A DNA stretch of 64,000 bases from Phoronis australis (taxonomy: Eukaryota; Animalia; Phoronida). Numbering within the stretch: the first letter of the stretch is position 1; each line of letters opens with the position of its first letter. Both the position numbers and the translations under genes were made by a program. The notes beneath the pieces are model-generated. The model did not search any database. It was not told the DNA's origin and saw only the letters and a program-made list of their open reading frames with translations. Of this stretch, positions 1 to 12,764 are shown piece by piece. The stretch covers positions 111,405 to 175,404 of the forward strand of contig NMRA01000601.1 of NCBI GenBank assembly GCA_002633005.1. Direction: 5' to 3'.

Positions 1-201
1 CGTCAGGTGTCAGGTAACGCAACCGTACTAGGCGTTATGGAGTAGAACTACTCGATCTAAATTGATACAAATTAGGTTGTTTTTTGGGTGGCATGCTCAT
101 TTAAAACATCCAGACACACAACAAGTAAATCCGCCGGCATCTCCCATCACTACGCTTACGAGCCACCATTAACATCCGGGACAATGTAAAGTGGTTGCTC
201 G

Positions 202-358
202 GGCGTGCGTTCAGTAGACTCTAGGACCTACGCTAGGACCTAGCTAAAACCTAGTCAAAGTCACGTGTTGTTATTTACAATGCACGGCAATATTTCACGT
301 AATTTCCCGAAGTCTTGCTTTTTAGCGAGGTCCTAGCGTTACTGAACGGGAGGCGGGT
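202..358 (+). mobile_element. MITE family A copy (about 155 bp)
   Basis: Near-identical copies at 24477-24634 (+) and 47066-47220 (-). Inverted ends CGTTCAGTA...CTAGGACCT / AGGTCCTAG...TACTGAACG. Confidence 0.8.
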
Positions 359-742
359 CAATAACAAGATGCATCGTGGCACCAGAGGACGCAGCTTTCA
401 AAATGTCGGATCTGCATATCGGCTATTCTTGCCTTCCGCATTGATCGCTCTCCCGCGCCGTGATCGAGGTATGAAATAGTGGTACACCTCCAGATACAGC
501 AGGCCCGTAGGTAGGCGAAAATTATGGAGGGGGGGGGTACAAACCATTTCGACGAAGTCCCTGGTGTAGTGCCTTTGGGGCTATTTCGAAATCCCTAGTT
601 GAAACACGACCGGTAGTTCAGTTTCTGGTGGCTGGGGAAAAGGATAGTGTGTCCCAAAAAAGGACACTCCTGAACGCCTGCAGTTCAAATTCAGTTCTTG
701 TGGTTATCACTGAGAGTCTGCGCGTCCTACTTACACCTTGAA

Positions 743-884
743 CATGGGCAGCGCAACACTGAAAAAAATAGGGGGCTAAAGCCCTCTCAGCCCCTGTGGT
801 GCACCGCCTATAGACCATGTGAGGCGTAGCACTGAAAAAGGTGGGGGACTATAGCCCCCAGTCCCCTATTGTGCGCCGCCCATG
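743..884. repeat. Short GC-rich MITE family B, dimer
   Basis: Inverted ends CATGGGC(A/G)GCGCA...TGCGCCGCCCATG with two internal units; related copies at 12176-12308 and 51787-51858. Confidence 0.7.
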
Positions 885-3209
885 TTGAAGCTTGTAATGC
901 ACCAAGGCCAGTCAATGAGTGTATATTGTGTTTATTGAAATACCTTTAGGCAATCATTAATTTTAGCAGAATTATTAAAGTTCGACTTGTAGCAATACTG
1001 CGTAGCGTTTTAAGACACATGTTCATATTGACGCCATTCAGCATTTAATTCCAAAATTCAATGCGCCAACGCCACGGATATTTGTCAAGTTTGATATATG
1101 TAACCCCCTCTTGTTGCAACAACTAATTACACATGGTTTCTAGAACGTTCTAATGTTTCAATTTACGTTTAGCAACTATAAAAGACTAAACGTGCTTTAA
1201 TTACTTAAATTCATAAGCAGTAATAGAATGGCTGCAGAACGGGATTAAACTGGAACCCTCTGGTACAACATTTCGAGGCGGCAGGTGGCACCAGTGGATT
1301 ATTAATTAACATGCGTTTGCCTGACTTACTTGAATGAATCTATGTAATATTTCTGATGCTAAAATGTTTAGTGCCGATCATCACGAATTGTTGTGTCGCC
1401 TCTCCCTCCCCCCTCCTCTCCCTCCTTCCTAGGTACATGTACGCCCCTCAGAATGTACACAGAAGTCCGTGTCCTGACTGTTGCATTCTTCTGTATGCAT
1501 TATACATTGCTCCTTGCTATTTCAAAGGTTTAGTTTTGCGCTTTATATTTACCGTAAATCTTAATGAACTTGTACGTAACAAAATATACACTGTGTACTG
1601 TTCGTCTTCTTCACTGTCTTAATCAAATTTTCTAAACTTAGAATAAGTAATGCTTATGTAAAAATCTTGCACCTCCATTTTGGTTGATATGAATTCTGAT
1701 GAGACTGATCATCGTTCACATATATCAGTCTGATCATCGTTTACAGCATTATTCTTAGGATCGTTTTTGGTCAGTGACAAGAATTCGTATGAAAAAACTT
1801 AGATCTTATACTACACCATTCGCTAATATTAATTCTTATCAACATCGGATAACATATCATACCATTCTTAGAAATAGTCGAAATTAATCTATGTTAAAGA
1901 ATTATTTGTAATAAATCTTAACCATAATTGATTGTGTACACCTATCGTGCACACGCAGACATAGTGCCTGTGTACACTATGTCGTGCATGCGCAGATATA
2001 TATGTCTACAGAGGGACAAAGAGACATTTACCCCGAACTGCACCACCGAGAGAGGGTACCGTCTGAAATGGGACACCGTAGATGAAAGGCTAAACATCAT
2101 TAAGCTTGCAAAAAGTGACAGTTCATTCCACTTTCGTGTGGTCCCAAAACTATGCAGGAAGTGAGCTTCAACATGAAAGCACGATTTCACAAAAAACAGG
2201 AAAATAGAGGTAATCGATTCCGGCATTGGGTCCTCTCTCCATGAGCGTGTCAATAAAAACACAAAAAGGTGGCCACTTGAATGTCATCAATGGCCTCCTT
2301 CATTGCGTGGCCCCTAAATATGAAAATATCTGTATTTTTAAATATCAGGAAATGCGCAGCAATTGATGTTATCTGTCAGGTCATCAATGTTTCTCAAGTG
2401 ATATAAAATTTAGAGAAAAAAATAAAGCGGACGTTGTCTCCGTTATCCCCTGCCAGAGGGGGGCCTCTGGAAAAATATAGTTTTGCACTCGGAAAATTGA
2501 CTTATTGAATTTAAACATCCAGTAAATTAGTACGCTCCGCGAAAGCTTCGCTTTACAAATTTCCCGATTTTTCGAAATGTATGTGTGCGTTTTGACGACC
2601 TGTGCTGCAAAAGCGAAGACCCTAACGACAATATCCTAGCCATGTTCCTCAAAAGGTAAACCATGCACTGATGCAGATTTGTTAAATGTTCTCTTGAATT
2701 TTCTCTCTTATCCGTTTTTCGCAGTCTTTCTTTTCTCAGCTGTCCCCGGCACCACGCCCATGTCGGTTGCCACGGTTTAAACCAGACGCCTGAAAAATTT
2801 TTGGGGGCCGCTTGCCCCCCGGCCCCCCGCTTCCTGCGGTCGTGCACATCAGGCAGGTCAGCAGCCTCGCTTTGCTCCATGGAGATTCACGTGTTAGCAA
2901 CTGTCGTCTGAATACTTTGTATTTTTAATAGTCATACAGGGAAAGTGTTACTGCTGTGCCGTGGGCTGCAGTGCCGATTCAAGGAAATGGGATAAGATGG
3001 ATAAATATCCATCGATGCGGGATGTCACATTTTACCCCTTCCCAACAGTTCTGAAGCACAAATGACGGCAAAGCCCGTCGTGCGCACAGTGCCACCGTTT
3101 AGTGTACATGATCTTACCTCACCGAACGACTAAATAACGAAAACTCGTTTGAGGCGTGACTATTCGATGATCTTTGATATGTGGGTCTTTTCTTTCGAAA
3201 CTCTTACAG

Positions 3210-6115
3210 GTCCACACTATCATGCCACGACAGAACCTCGCGTCATCCTTCATAACTCTGGTTGTTGGACATCTTCAAAAGATGAAGAAGTCACCACTCT
3301 GCCCGGAGGAAACGGGGGGTTTATCAGCGAGGCAATGACACCAGAACTGTGTGTCCAATACTGCCACAGGAACAACGGAACATACGCGTTAATCAAGGTG
3401 CGTCCTACGAAAAGGTCTCACCATTCCAGACCTTGACTTATACAAGCACCGCTTCCAATTGGGCACCTAATGCAAAGCTGACCAGTATGAAGACCATTGT
3501 GGAGTATCTGGGACTATCAAGTGACTATATAATGGTTTTCAAACAAGGTCTGTTTTGCACTACCAGATTTTTTTGCGAAAGGGGATGGTGAAATCATGAG
3601 CTCCCAAAAGCGCAGATTACTTTTTGTGTTGTACAAAAAAGTCCAAAAATGCCAGTTTTACACATTCAGTCCGTAAAAGACGGGGCTTTTTGAAATTGGC
3701 ATGTTCTCATCACGTCCAGGGCTGTATAACGAGCAGGGACATAAGGGAGCCATTCCAAAGAGGCCGGTCGTACATGAAATTTTAAATGTGCTCGTTCGCC
3801 GCCAATTGTGTTGGTTTGACTGCCGACTTTGAAATGACATTCAGTGCCAGTTTTCCACGGCGTTCGTAAACATAACAAGCGCGCGTAAAATGAAAAAGAC
3901 CAATCTTCCATGGACTGTGCCGCAGCAGGGACTAGATGACTAAGATCTGTTCTGGCTCATATTAATATAGGTGGCCCCGCCGAAAGGTGGCCGATGAGCG
4001 AGGCCCCCTACATTAACATAGGGCCCCCGCTCTCCGGCCGCCTTTTGGCGAGGACACCTATAATAATACAGGGGGCTTCGCCGAAAGGCGGCCGGGGAGC
4101 GGGACCTGCTATATTAATATAGAGGTCCCCGCCGGAGGACGGCCGATGAGTGAGGTCCTCTACATTAATATACAAAGTCCCGCTCTCTGGCCGCCTTCTG
4201 GCGAGGCCCTCTATGTTAATATAAAGAGTCCCGCTTTTCGACTGCCTGTTCAACTTCATTATTGTAGAACGGAACACAATGCTGGTGTAAGACGTCATTT
4301 GAGGACTATGTTCCTTCTGAGTTATGCGTTTTGAAATGCCCTGGAGACGTATATGGACACTTTACGTGTGGGAGTGAAATATCATTTAATATGTATTATC
4401 AAGGTAGGTTTTTACCCAGCCGATTCTATAGTATTACATGAGATAAAACATAAAACACCACGATGTTTTATGGGTAGCTTTGAGTTTTGCTTTTACTCGA
4501 TACCAATCCTTTTCTGGCCTCCCCATCTCGTTAATTCTCTGGTGAATTACCAGCTTCCTTTTTATTTCATTTTTTATTTTCCAATGTTTTGAAGGACTGC
4601 TAACACGTTCATCCAAAGTCCACATTCTTGGACACATGCGAGCCGGATCTACTTTCACTGCTGAAATCTTCACCGCGATGCCTGCAGTATTCTACGTCTT
4701 CGAACCATTCCACGATAATACGAAACCCTATATTTCTTACTAGTAAGTATTACTTTAGTGATGTTTGACATCGTAAAGAGACATGTGATTACAAACGGTT
4801 AAAGTAATTGGTAAATTAAGCACGTAACAAGGTTTTATGTTCAGAGGCTTGTTTTATCCGAGATTGTGAGTTTGAACTAAGACGGTTCTGGGGACGTTGT
4901 GGGGAGGGCGGCGTTGCATATTTTGTCGGGGCTGACATCAATGTTATTTGTAGTTCACATTCACGTTGAACGCCGAAGATGATTGAGTGACAATAAAAAT
5001 CAAAGTTACGATCGTGTTGAATTAAAACTAGGCGTACGATCTTCAATAAAACGGGGCCCAGAACTGGAAATAGTCCACATTTTTACATACAACTTGGATG
5101 AAATCTGAAACCTGAGTAACAATTGTATGGAATCAACTACTATCGTTCAAAGGATTTGGTTAATCAATAACGCTGATGTTTCTCCGTTTGTACTCTATCA
5201 TTTTTGCTATAATAATATTACACTTTTATTTTTGCTAGTCGAACTCCGAAGGCTGTAAAAAGAACGTCGCGCATTTTGAAGTACATTTTCAATTGTGAGA
5301 TCACAAAGATACCATCCTCCGTTTTCTACCATTATAAAGATTTTAACACGTTGGCAATGCTAAGTAAAGGATTCAAAAACTTTGTCAAGTGTGATAAAGT
5401 TTTCAACGGCAATTCGCGCTCCATAAACGAGAGAACTCAATGCCTGCAGTACCTGAAGATGGCGTGCGAGCGTGCCACGATAAGAGTGGTGAAGACGATC
5501 CGTCTGGACATGACGTCAGCTGCTCTTCTTCATCAACTGGACCCGGAAGTAAAGACTATCCTCCTGGTGAGAGACCCAAGACCTCGATTTCTATCTATGC
5601 GTCAGTTTGATGCTAAGATGAGCAAAAGACAACAACAGGACATACTGGGGTGTGAAGAGCAAGTGAAAAATGTCAAAATTTCAAAGGATTTGCCAGCATC
5701 GAGTGTTTATATGCTTAGGTATGAAGATTTAACAATGAATCCGTTAAAGGTAGTGCACCATTTGTACAAGTTCATTAGGGTATTACCAGTTCCTGCTGTG
5801 GTAAATTGGGTGAGAAAGGTAACAAAGGATAACAAGAGTAGTATAGGAGATTACAATAAAGGTACAGGGAAAGTTGGTGGTCAACGGATGGACGCCAGAA
5901 AGAACAACTTGAAATGGGCGAAAAGTATAACGAATTTTACTATAATACAAGAGGTTCAAAAACAATGCAAAAATATGATGAAAGAATACGGTTACTTGGA
6001 AGTGGAAAATTTAAATCGTGTAAAATATTTACTGCATACGTCTACAATCCCTGTAACAATACCGAAGACAAAATGGACATTTTCCAGTGCAAATCTACAG
6101 GATTTTAGAAATTAA
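3210..6115 (+). CDS. WSC-domain carbohydrate sulfotransferase (CHST-like), paralog 1; exons 3210-3397, 4268-4403, 4595-4742, 5239-6115; 5' exon not found
   Basis: Every exon has an AG acceptor and the three internal introns have GT donors, with matching phases (0,1,2). The WSC domain is split over two exons (GCW...MTPELCVQYCH...YALIK / NGTQCWC...CVLKCPGD...CGS). The 5'-PSB motif is GHMRAGSTF followed by FYVFEP, the 3'-PB motif is LVRDPR, and RYEDL is present. AATAAA overlaps the stop codon. Confidence 0.88.
3959..4237. repeat. About 51-bp minisatellite with units in mixed orientation, in an intron of sulfotransferase 1
   Basis: About 5.5 units: GC-rich core (GCCCCGCCGAAAGGTGGCCGATGAGCGAGGCCC or its reverse complement) separated by palindromic TA(T/C)ATTAATATA. 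Confidence 0.85.
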
Positions 6116-7892
6116 TAAATGCATAATATCGTAACAATACGTTTGGTGGATATCACTGTTTTGACGATGTTTTGGATGCCCGAATGTTTCCCGATATTAA
6201 AGATGCCATTCCTTTAGGTTTCTCGAGCTCGTTTCCAACAACACATACACTGTAGCACGAATGTTCGTCCAACCGGTCGGAAATGGATCGACGTCTGGTC
6301 GTCTAGGCGACCAGTTGCAGACCAGCAGCGGTCTGCTAGGAGTCGTCCGCTGGAATCGGCTCCTGGGTCGGCAAGGTGGTTCCCTAGCTTAGACGACCGA
6401 TTCTTAGTGTACGTATCCTGAGTGGGCAATTGCCATTTTATGGATGACGTTTGGCCAAATAAAAAGTTCTTTTGCTGTGAGTTCTCCAGTGGCCACTCTA
6501 ATCTTTACTTCAGTTTATCAACTTCCTCTTAACTGCTTAAACATGGTAAAACTGAATGTACTGATGAGTCGCGTGAAACTTAAACGAAGTAAATGTTACC
6601 GAACGCGTGGTAATGTCAAATGTTATTTGATTTCCCGAATTAAAATTTCGAACTCTAGCTAAGAGATTTTTTATACCTAGCCATCAAGAAACCTTTCAAT
6701 GTTGCGGTCAAACTGTACAAAATTTTAAAAACAATGCTGGACGTGTACTACCGCCGCAGGTGTTGTTAAGCCGGGAAAGGTGCAAAGAGTAGCTGGCAAT
6801 TCATCACGTATTCGCATCTGCCCATTGAATATCGTTTCATTTCGTATTGTGATAGAAAAAGGTTTATTTTATACACAACATCAATTAATGGTTCATCACT
6901 AGCGTAGATTTTAACGTCATCGGTGCATGAAAACGGCAAGTGCAAAACTAGAATCAGTTGTAGTGTCGTCCACCACCTATAATGCGAAACGGGAAGTTCA
7001 CACGAATTCCGTCTCCCCCGCTCCACTACAGACCTTCGTTGCGCCCATTTCGGCACCGTCTTTGCCTCAGATAGTGCAACTCGCCTTTATTTAGACTCGA
7101 AGTGTTCTGTTTTTCTCGCGTGCCGTCTTTTCGCGAACGCTGAGGGAGACAGGCCAGTTTCTTTCAGACTTTTGGCCTTGGTGACGTGAGTCCGTCGGCT
7201 TAATGACCTGAGTGACGTCAGTCCGTCGGGTTAATTTCGCTGCCTCCGCGTTCCATCGCATACATGTACTTTTTCGGACCTGTCGCCGCCAAACTTGGTA
7301 CTCGGCTTCGGGGCAATTATCGCCTATTTTGTCACATTTCGCCCGTGATTTGTTAGGAGAGATGCCTCCACTCTTCGTTGTCTTTTTCTTTCTATATGAT
7401 GTTACGCGGGCACACCCGAATGTTTACAAACAGTTCATTCATTACTTATTGCGCCTTAGGGCAAAACTGTTTACAAACAAAGCCAACGTCAGAGTACATG
7501 TTGGTGACCACATGGGACAAGGAAAGATCAGCTGCGAAACTGTAACTAAAAACATTGTATCGGACACGCTCATATACTATACTAGCTTATAAATACAAAA
7601 CTTTAAAAACGCGAACAAAAAGTTGGGGCTTGGCCTAACATAAACAAAAAAGAAGTGTGGACGCAGACGCACGGAACAAAAAATCGTAAAAATACATTTT
7701 AAACAGAACGTGACAAATCTACGTCTTTGAAATGGTAACGTGAAAGTTATTCACTTTGAATATTGCAAGAATTTCTAGAAAAAAAAACACGATACCGCTT
7801 TCTCAAAAGCTCATGACAATTTTTCGCCCCGTGTCACCCGTGACAGAAAGATTAGAAGCGAATTTGGGAACACCAAGAAAAATCGTGCGGCT

Positions 7893-9600
7893 CTATTCTG
7901 AATGACAATCCTGCAAACTAGAGCCAGCCCAGACACATGCACAATATGCGGTAACAGGCATCGTACATGTACCTGCACTGAATAAAGTTACAACAGAGAC
8001 TAGAGGGAGCAAATTAACGAGTGAAGCAGGCGCCTTTGCCCCACCGCAAATCTCCGTTTTCAGCACCACATTAGCGAACGATAGTGGCGACACCGTCGGT
8101 GTCTTCAACATTTAGAAGATCCCACTTCCCTGAAATAGGCTTCACTGCATTGAGACTTCAAAAAGATTGCTTGCGTTACAACTGTTTTTCCTGCTGGTAT
8201 CAATTTCTCGTGCAATCATCGCTGCTCTTGTCTCAATACTTCTGGAACAGTAAGTTTTTACTGAAAAAGTGCCTTTGTCAATCAGGATCGGCTGAATTAG
8301 TTATTAGTGAAGAGCATCTGACTATTAAATTTGGAAACTGCAGAGAGTGGGAAAGTCCGGTTAAAAAACGGCAGCCCAGATCACTTAGTATAGATGAACG
8401 AGGTACCAACATCTGACCATAGGAGCACTTACAGTCCACCTCCTGTATGCAGAAATGGACGTCTGCCGTTGTCTGCACTCTGGGTATGACCCCTGGGGAC
8501 CTTACAAGGGAGCCAAAAATGAGTTAGATTAGATATTCGAGGCACCAAACAAAACTGATTTAAAACAGACAATAGTACCGCACTGAACACCGAATTTCCC
8601 ATGAGAGACAAACTGCACTCTGCAAAGTGTCCGGCAGAAACCAGAAAGGACCCGACAAAAATGAGCTAGCTCATACGGCATTCGAGGTACCACAAAAAAT
8701 CAACTCCATGTGATTCAATGTCACTGATCACCAAATGTCCGATGACAGACAAAATACACCCTGGGTTGTGCCCACCAGAAACCCCCAAAAATGTCAACCA
8801 CGGTATGCCATTGAAAATTTGAGCTAGCTTAGATATTCGAGGTACCAGCTAAAATTAATTTAAAACCAACAATAGTACTGGACAGACAAATTGCACTCTG
8901 GTAAGGGACCGCCAGAAACCAAAAAGGAACCCCCAAAATGAGCTAGCTCATACATTCGATATAACACAAAAACCAATTTCATGTGATTTAATACAATAAA
9001 TGTGTGATAACAGACAAAATACACTCTGGGTTGTGCCCGCCAGAAATCCCCAAAAATGTCAACCACGGTAGGCCATAGTGAGCTGCATTATATATTCAAG
9101 GTACCGGCTAAAACTGACTTAAAACCATCAATCATGCCCCAATGACCACCGGGTGGCTGGAGATAGTGTTCGCCGAAAACTCAAAAACAACGCCCAATAA
9201 GGGGCTAACTAACATATCGAGGAACCACAATAAACAAATCCACACGCTCGAAAGGCATTTCTCTGTGAAGTCGCTCTTTAATTCTTTTGCTATCATTCGG
9301 ATGGCAATTACAATAACATCCGTGACAGAAGCCCTGATCAATGCATTGCCATTTGAGTTGGCTAAGTGGAAGGCAAGACGCGTGTCGGCCTCTTCATGGG
9401 AACCTTGAGAATCCGGTGGATGATCAGCTGCCATGGTACCACTGTAAGAAAGGCGAATACAGTTGCCGCCATGTGAGACAACAAGAATTGGTCCACAAGT
9501 CGTTCTGCCATTCTTGTAGGAGGAAGGTTGACAAACTGTCCCTAAATGTCTCATCTGCATTCCAGGAGTTTTTCAACAAGGCATTTTTGGGTGTAAAAAT
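7893..9600 (-). mobile_element. Degraded AcademX-like DNA transposon coding remnant (XPG/PIN-like nuclease plus Cys-rich tail)
   Basis: SHEEADTRLAFH...ALIRASVTDVIVIA (about 9270-9410) matches the HEEADT...SxDTDV motif of Academ-type XPG domains. APASLVNL...MPVTAYCAC (7893-8050) resembles the C-terminal Cys cluster. Frames are broken. Confidence 0.55.
8505..9135. repeat. Tandem repeat of about 300 bp with internal subunits of about 150 bp
   Basis: The block CAGACAAAATACAC.CTGGGTTGTGCCC.CCAGAAA.CCCCAAAAATGTCAACCACGGTA occurs near 8750 and 9010; GAGCTAG...ATTCGAGGTACC-like motifs recur about 5 times. Confidence 0.8.
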
Positions 9601-12175
9601 CAAGTTACAGTATTTTACGGAAAGAAGTTACATTTGGCCTGAATGAAAAGTTTAGGCCATAAAAACAGGTGTGTTTAAGTACATGTAACTTTGTTATTCT
9701 GTAGTACTAACCTATAACTACTGTTATCTGTAGTGCTTAACTTCACCCGTGAAATAAAATTTAAAAAATTAAAAGTTTATCTTGTAAAAGACCCAATCCA
9801 GTACTTCGTGTTGCTGAGGTTGCGCCTCGCATTTGTTTGTTCCGGTGTATGTACTTGCTCTAGAATTTACTGTCATTAAAACTTTTCGCAAGTTCGCCGT
9901 TTTTCCAATTGCATAAGAGCCATATCATTAGAAAGCCAGTTCTTGATGGTTATACCAGAAGCAAAAGATGGAATAATTTAATTCATAAGCAATTATCTTT
10001 TCGCATACCCGACTGGCTTAAAATATTTTTTAATTCTAAAAACCAAGAGTGTCACCAAAATGCAAATAACAGCGTACAATAGTGACATAAAAAGGAAATG
10101 AACCAGAGAGGTTCTATAAATAATTAGTTAAGCCATTAGGGAAATAATTTCAATGATTTAAAAGATTTCTACCCTACAAAAAGGCTTTAGAATATGGATC
10201 CCTCACACTCGTTGTGGATAATTTAGTCAGGCATTCATCATGGAAAACAATTAATTGTAAATGCTTCCAAGATTCTTGTAATAATATTCATACTAAACTT
10301 ACATTATTAGTAAATGTCTAACTTCGACCTTTTTCTCAATGAATTCCTCTCACTGAAGTAGTCATTAGTAATTTTTGACGTATCGCTTATAAATCTTGTT
10401 GCTTCGGATTTCCAGATTTTTCAATACGTTTGTAATAGCATATCTAAATATTTGATTACTTATATTAGATACTACTTATATAGTTCAATGTATACAACTT
10501 TCATCGATCTACTTTCTTCAACACAGATATAAAGCATCATGATTTTTGGGTTTGTCATTATTTTCCTTGCATGTTCTGTGTATTCTTGAATATATATAAT
10601 CACCCTAAAAATCTTTATAAATTATAATTAATTTTACCATTGGTGCCTTTTGATACAATTTACATTCTTCAGTAAAAATTCAGAATGCGGTGACATTTAC
10701 GGAAAATGCCATAAACTACTCCACGTATCTATCCGAAATTTGCAGATAAAGTTTTTCTGATATACAAAAAGTGGACAATCATCTATAAAGCACGCACGCT
10801 TGCACGCGCGTACGCCCGCGCACACACGCGCATACTTACACTTAGCTATGCAATTATGAGTATTCTTTCGGAAGTTACTTACACACACATGTTTTTAGGG
10901 CCAGAACTTTTCATTAAGGCCAACTCTAACTTCTTTCCGTAAAATATTGTAACATGATTTTAACATCCAAAATTTCGGGCATGTAGTATGATAGGTTTTC
11001 GAAAATGGTTCTGAAAATATCAGAGGCCAAACTACTCTCAGCATCCACCCAAGGCCACAGGTCGGTGCTTATAAAGAATGGCCGTGACTGTTGACTAATT
11101 TTGCCGAGAAATCGTTAATTGTATGGAGCTGTACCTCAAGATTCCCACATGATGAGCAATAAATAAACAAAACGAAAATGAAACAATGAAATTAGGCTTG
11201 ATTTGAAAACTACGATTCTCAAACAAATCTCAGTTGAGAAGGCAGCCGGAAATTCTCAGTGCTAACTTCCGCGGCTACTCTAGGGTTAGCAAGCTCTAAT
11301 CATAGAATACATTGATCACGTGCTGGAGTTGGCATTCCAGGACGAAGGTTCTATGGTAGCGTAGTGTGGGCGCCAAACATGTACCGGGCTTGATATAGAC
11401 TGCCGGTAGTTTTACCAAATTATTTATTAGCAGAGTTCAACCCTTCAGCAATAAAACAGTATTTACAATAGAATAGAACCAGGTTGAAACTTACGTTACA
11501 CATCATTACATACGTTTGCAACATTGTCAGTTCAGAGAAACGCTTGATTAGCAATCCATCTATATTACTAGACAGTTTACACATACCAGATAAATGTACA
11601 CGGATAAACAACAATAAGGAAACACCTACAAAATCAATGTGAGTTAGATGCTCTTCGATTGTCTTTCGATTAAAGATCCTCACTTAACTGAAACAGAAAA
11701 AGGTCCATATTACTTTAAAGCGTCAACAGTGGAGTCACTATAATAATGTTAAGGCAAACCACACTAGCTGAAATATTCATCAAAATAGAGCCACACCCAA
11801 ACGGAACAGCATGGCCGCAGTATAACACCATTATAATCAGAATCATCAAAAACTGACTGCATTTCATGATAAAATATAGAAGGCAGTACAGACTGGACCC
11901 AAATTTATAATACATTATGTGACAAGTTTCTCATATAAATACTAACAAACTTAAAAAGTAGACAAATTGCAAATCTCACGCAACATGGCAAACACCAGCT
12001 CAATTATACAACCTTTCTCATGCACTGCTGCAGAAACTATAATGCAGGCAAAAGCAAGTCAGGCTCAATACCTCTACTTGGCAGAATATACACGTAGAAC
12101 CTGTTTGAACCAGTTACCAACGCATCTTCTATTTGACATTAGCCCCCAAAACAACAACCTAACTTACTAGCACTG

Positions 12176-12308
12176 CATGGGCGGCGCAGCACTGGAAAAA
12201 GTGGGGGGGGAGCTAAAGCCCCACCACCCCCTTGTGGACCATGGGCGGCGCACCACTGAAAAAGTTGGGGCTATATACCACCAGCCCCCTATGGTGCGCC
12301 GCCCATGC
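12176..12308. repeat. MITE family B dimer
   Basis: CATGGGCGGCGCA...TGCGCCGCCCATG, homologous to 743-884. Confidence 0.75.
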
Positions 12309-12764
12309 ACTGACCAATGGTCTATCTGTGACACTCTCGCACACTCAAGCTTCACAACCCATGTTCGAATCCCGAAAACTCTGAATTTTTGCAAACATTA
12401 ATATTTTCTAAAACATATAAAATATATCACTATCACAGAAGCATTCTTACAGCGAGACAAAGTCTAGCCAAAACCACGTGCTCTCACTGAAAATACACGG
12501 CGATTTCTCACGGAGTCGCTCGACGTCTTGGTTTTCTATTGACGTACTAGCATTGACTTGTTCACTTATGGAAAGTGCACTCGCGAGCGAACGAACGAAC
12601 AGCTGCATGGAGCAATACGTAGCACATTGTTTATGCAGCTTTACAAGAATGAACTTTAATACGGGAAATCTTGAGAACTGCATTATAATAACAATTGATA
12701 TTATATATGCGCTGAATATCGAAATCCAGTGAACAGACAGAGGATTGCCGACAATTGTTCACAC

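Noticed and set aside
369-468. Possible first exon of sulfotransferase 1 (ATG...G|GTATGA, phase 1)
   Set aside because: No convincing TM anchor and no similarity to exon 1 of paralog 2; the true exon is probably upstream of the window.
1695-1745. CTGATGA followed by hairpin GACTGAT...ATCAGTC (hammerhead-like)
   Set aside because: The required GAAA after stem II is absent (TGAT follows instead); at best a decayed motif.
3959-4237. CRISPR-like periodicity (short repeat plus spacer of about 38 bp)
   Set aside because: The 'spacers' are homologous to each other, the context is a eukaryotic intron, and there are no cas genes.
6243-6427. GC-rich partly palindromic stretch just 3' of sulfotransferase 1
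   Set aside because: Probably a decayed MITE; I could not define termini or a TSD.
10789-10835. Alternating purine-pyrimidine tract (Z-DNA-like)
   Set aside because: Short degenerate microsatellite with no supporting context.
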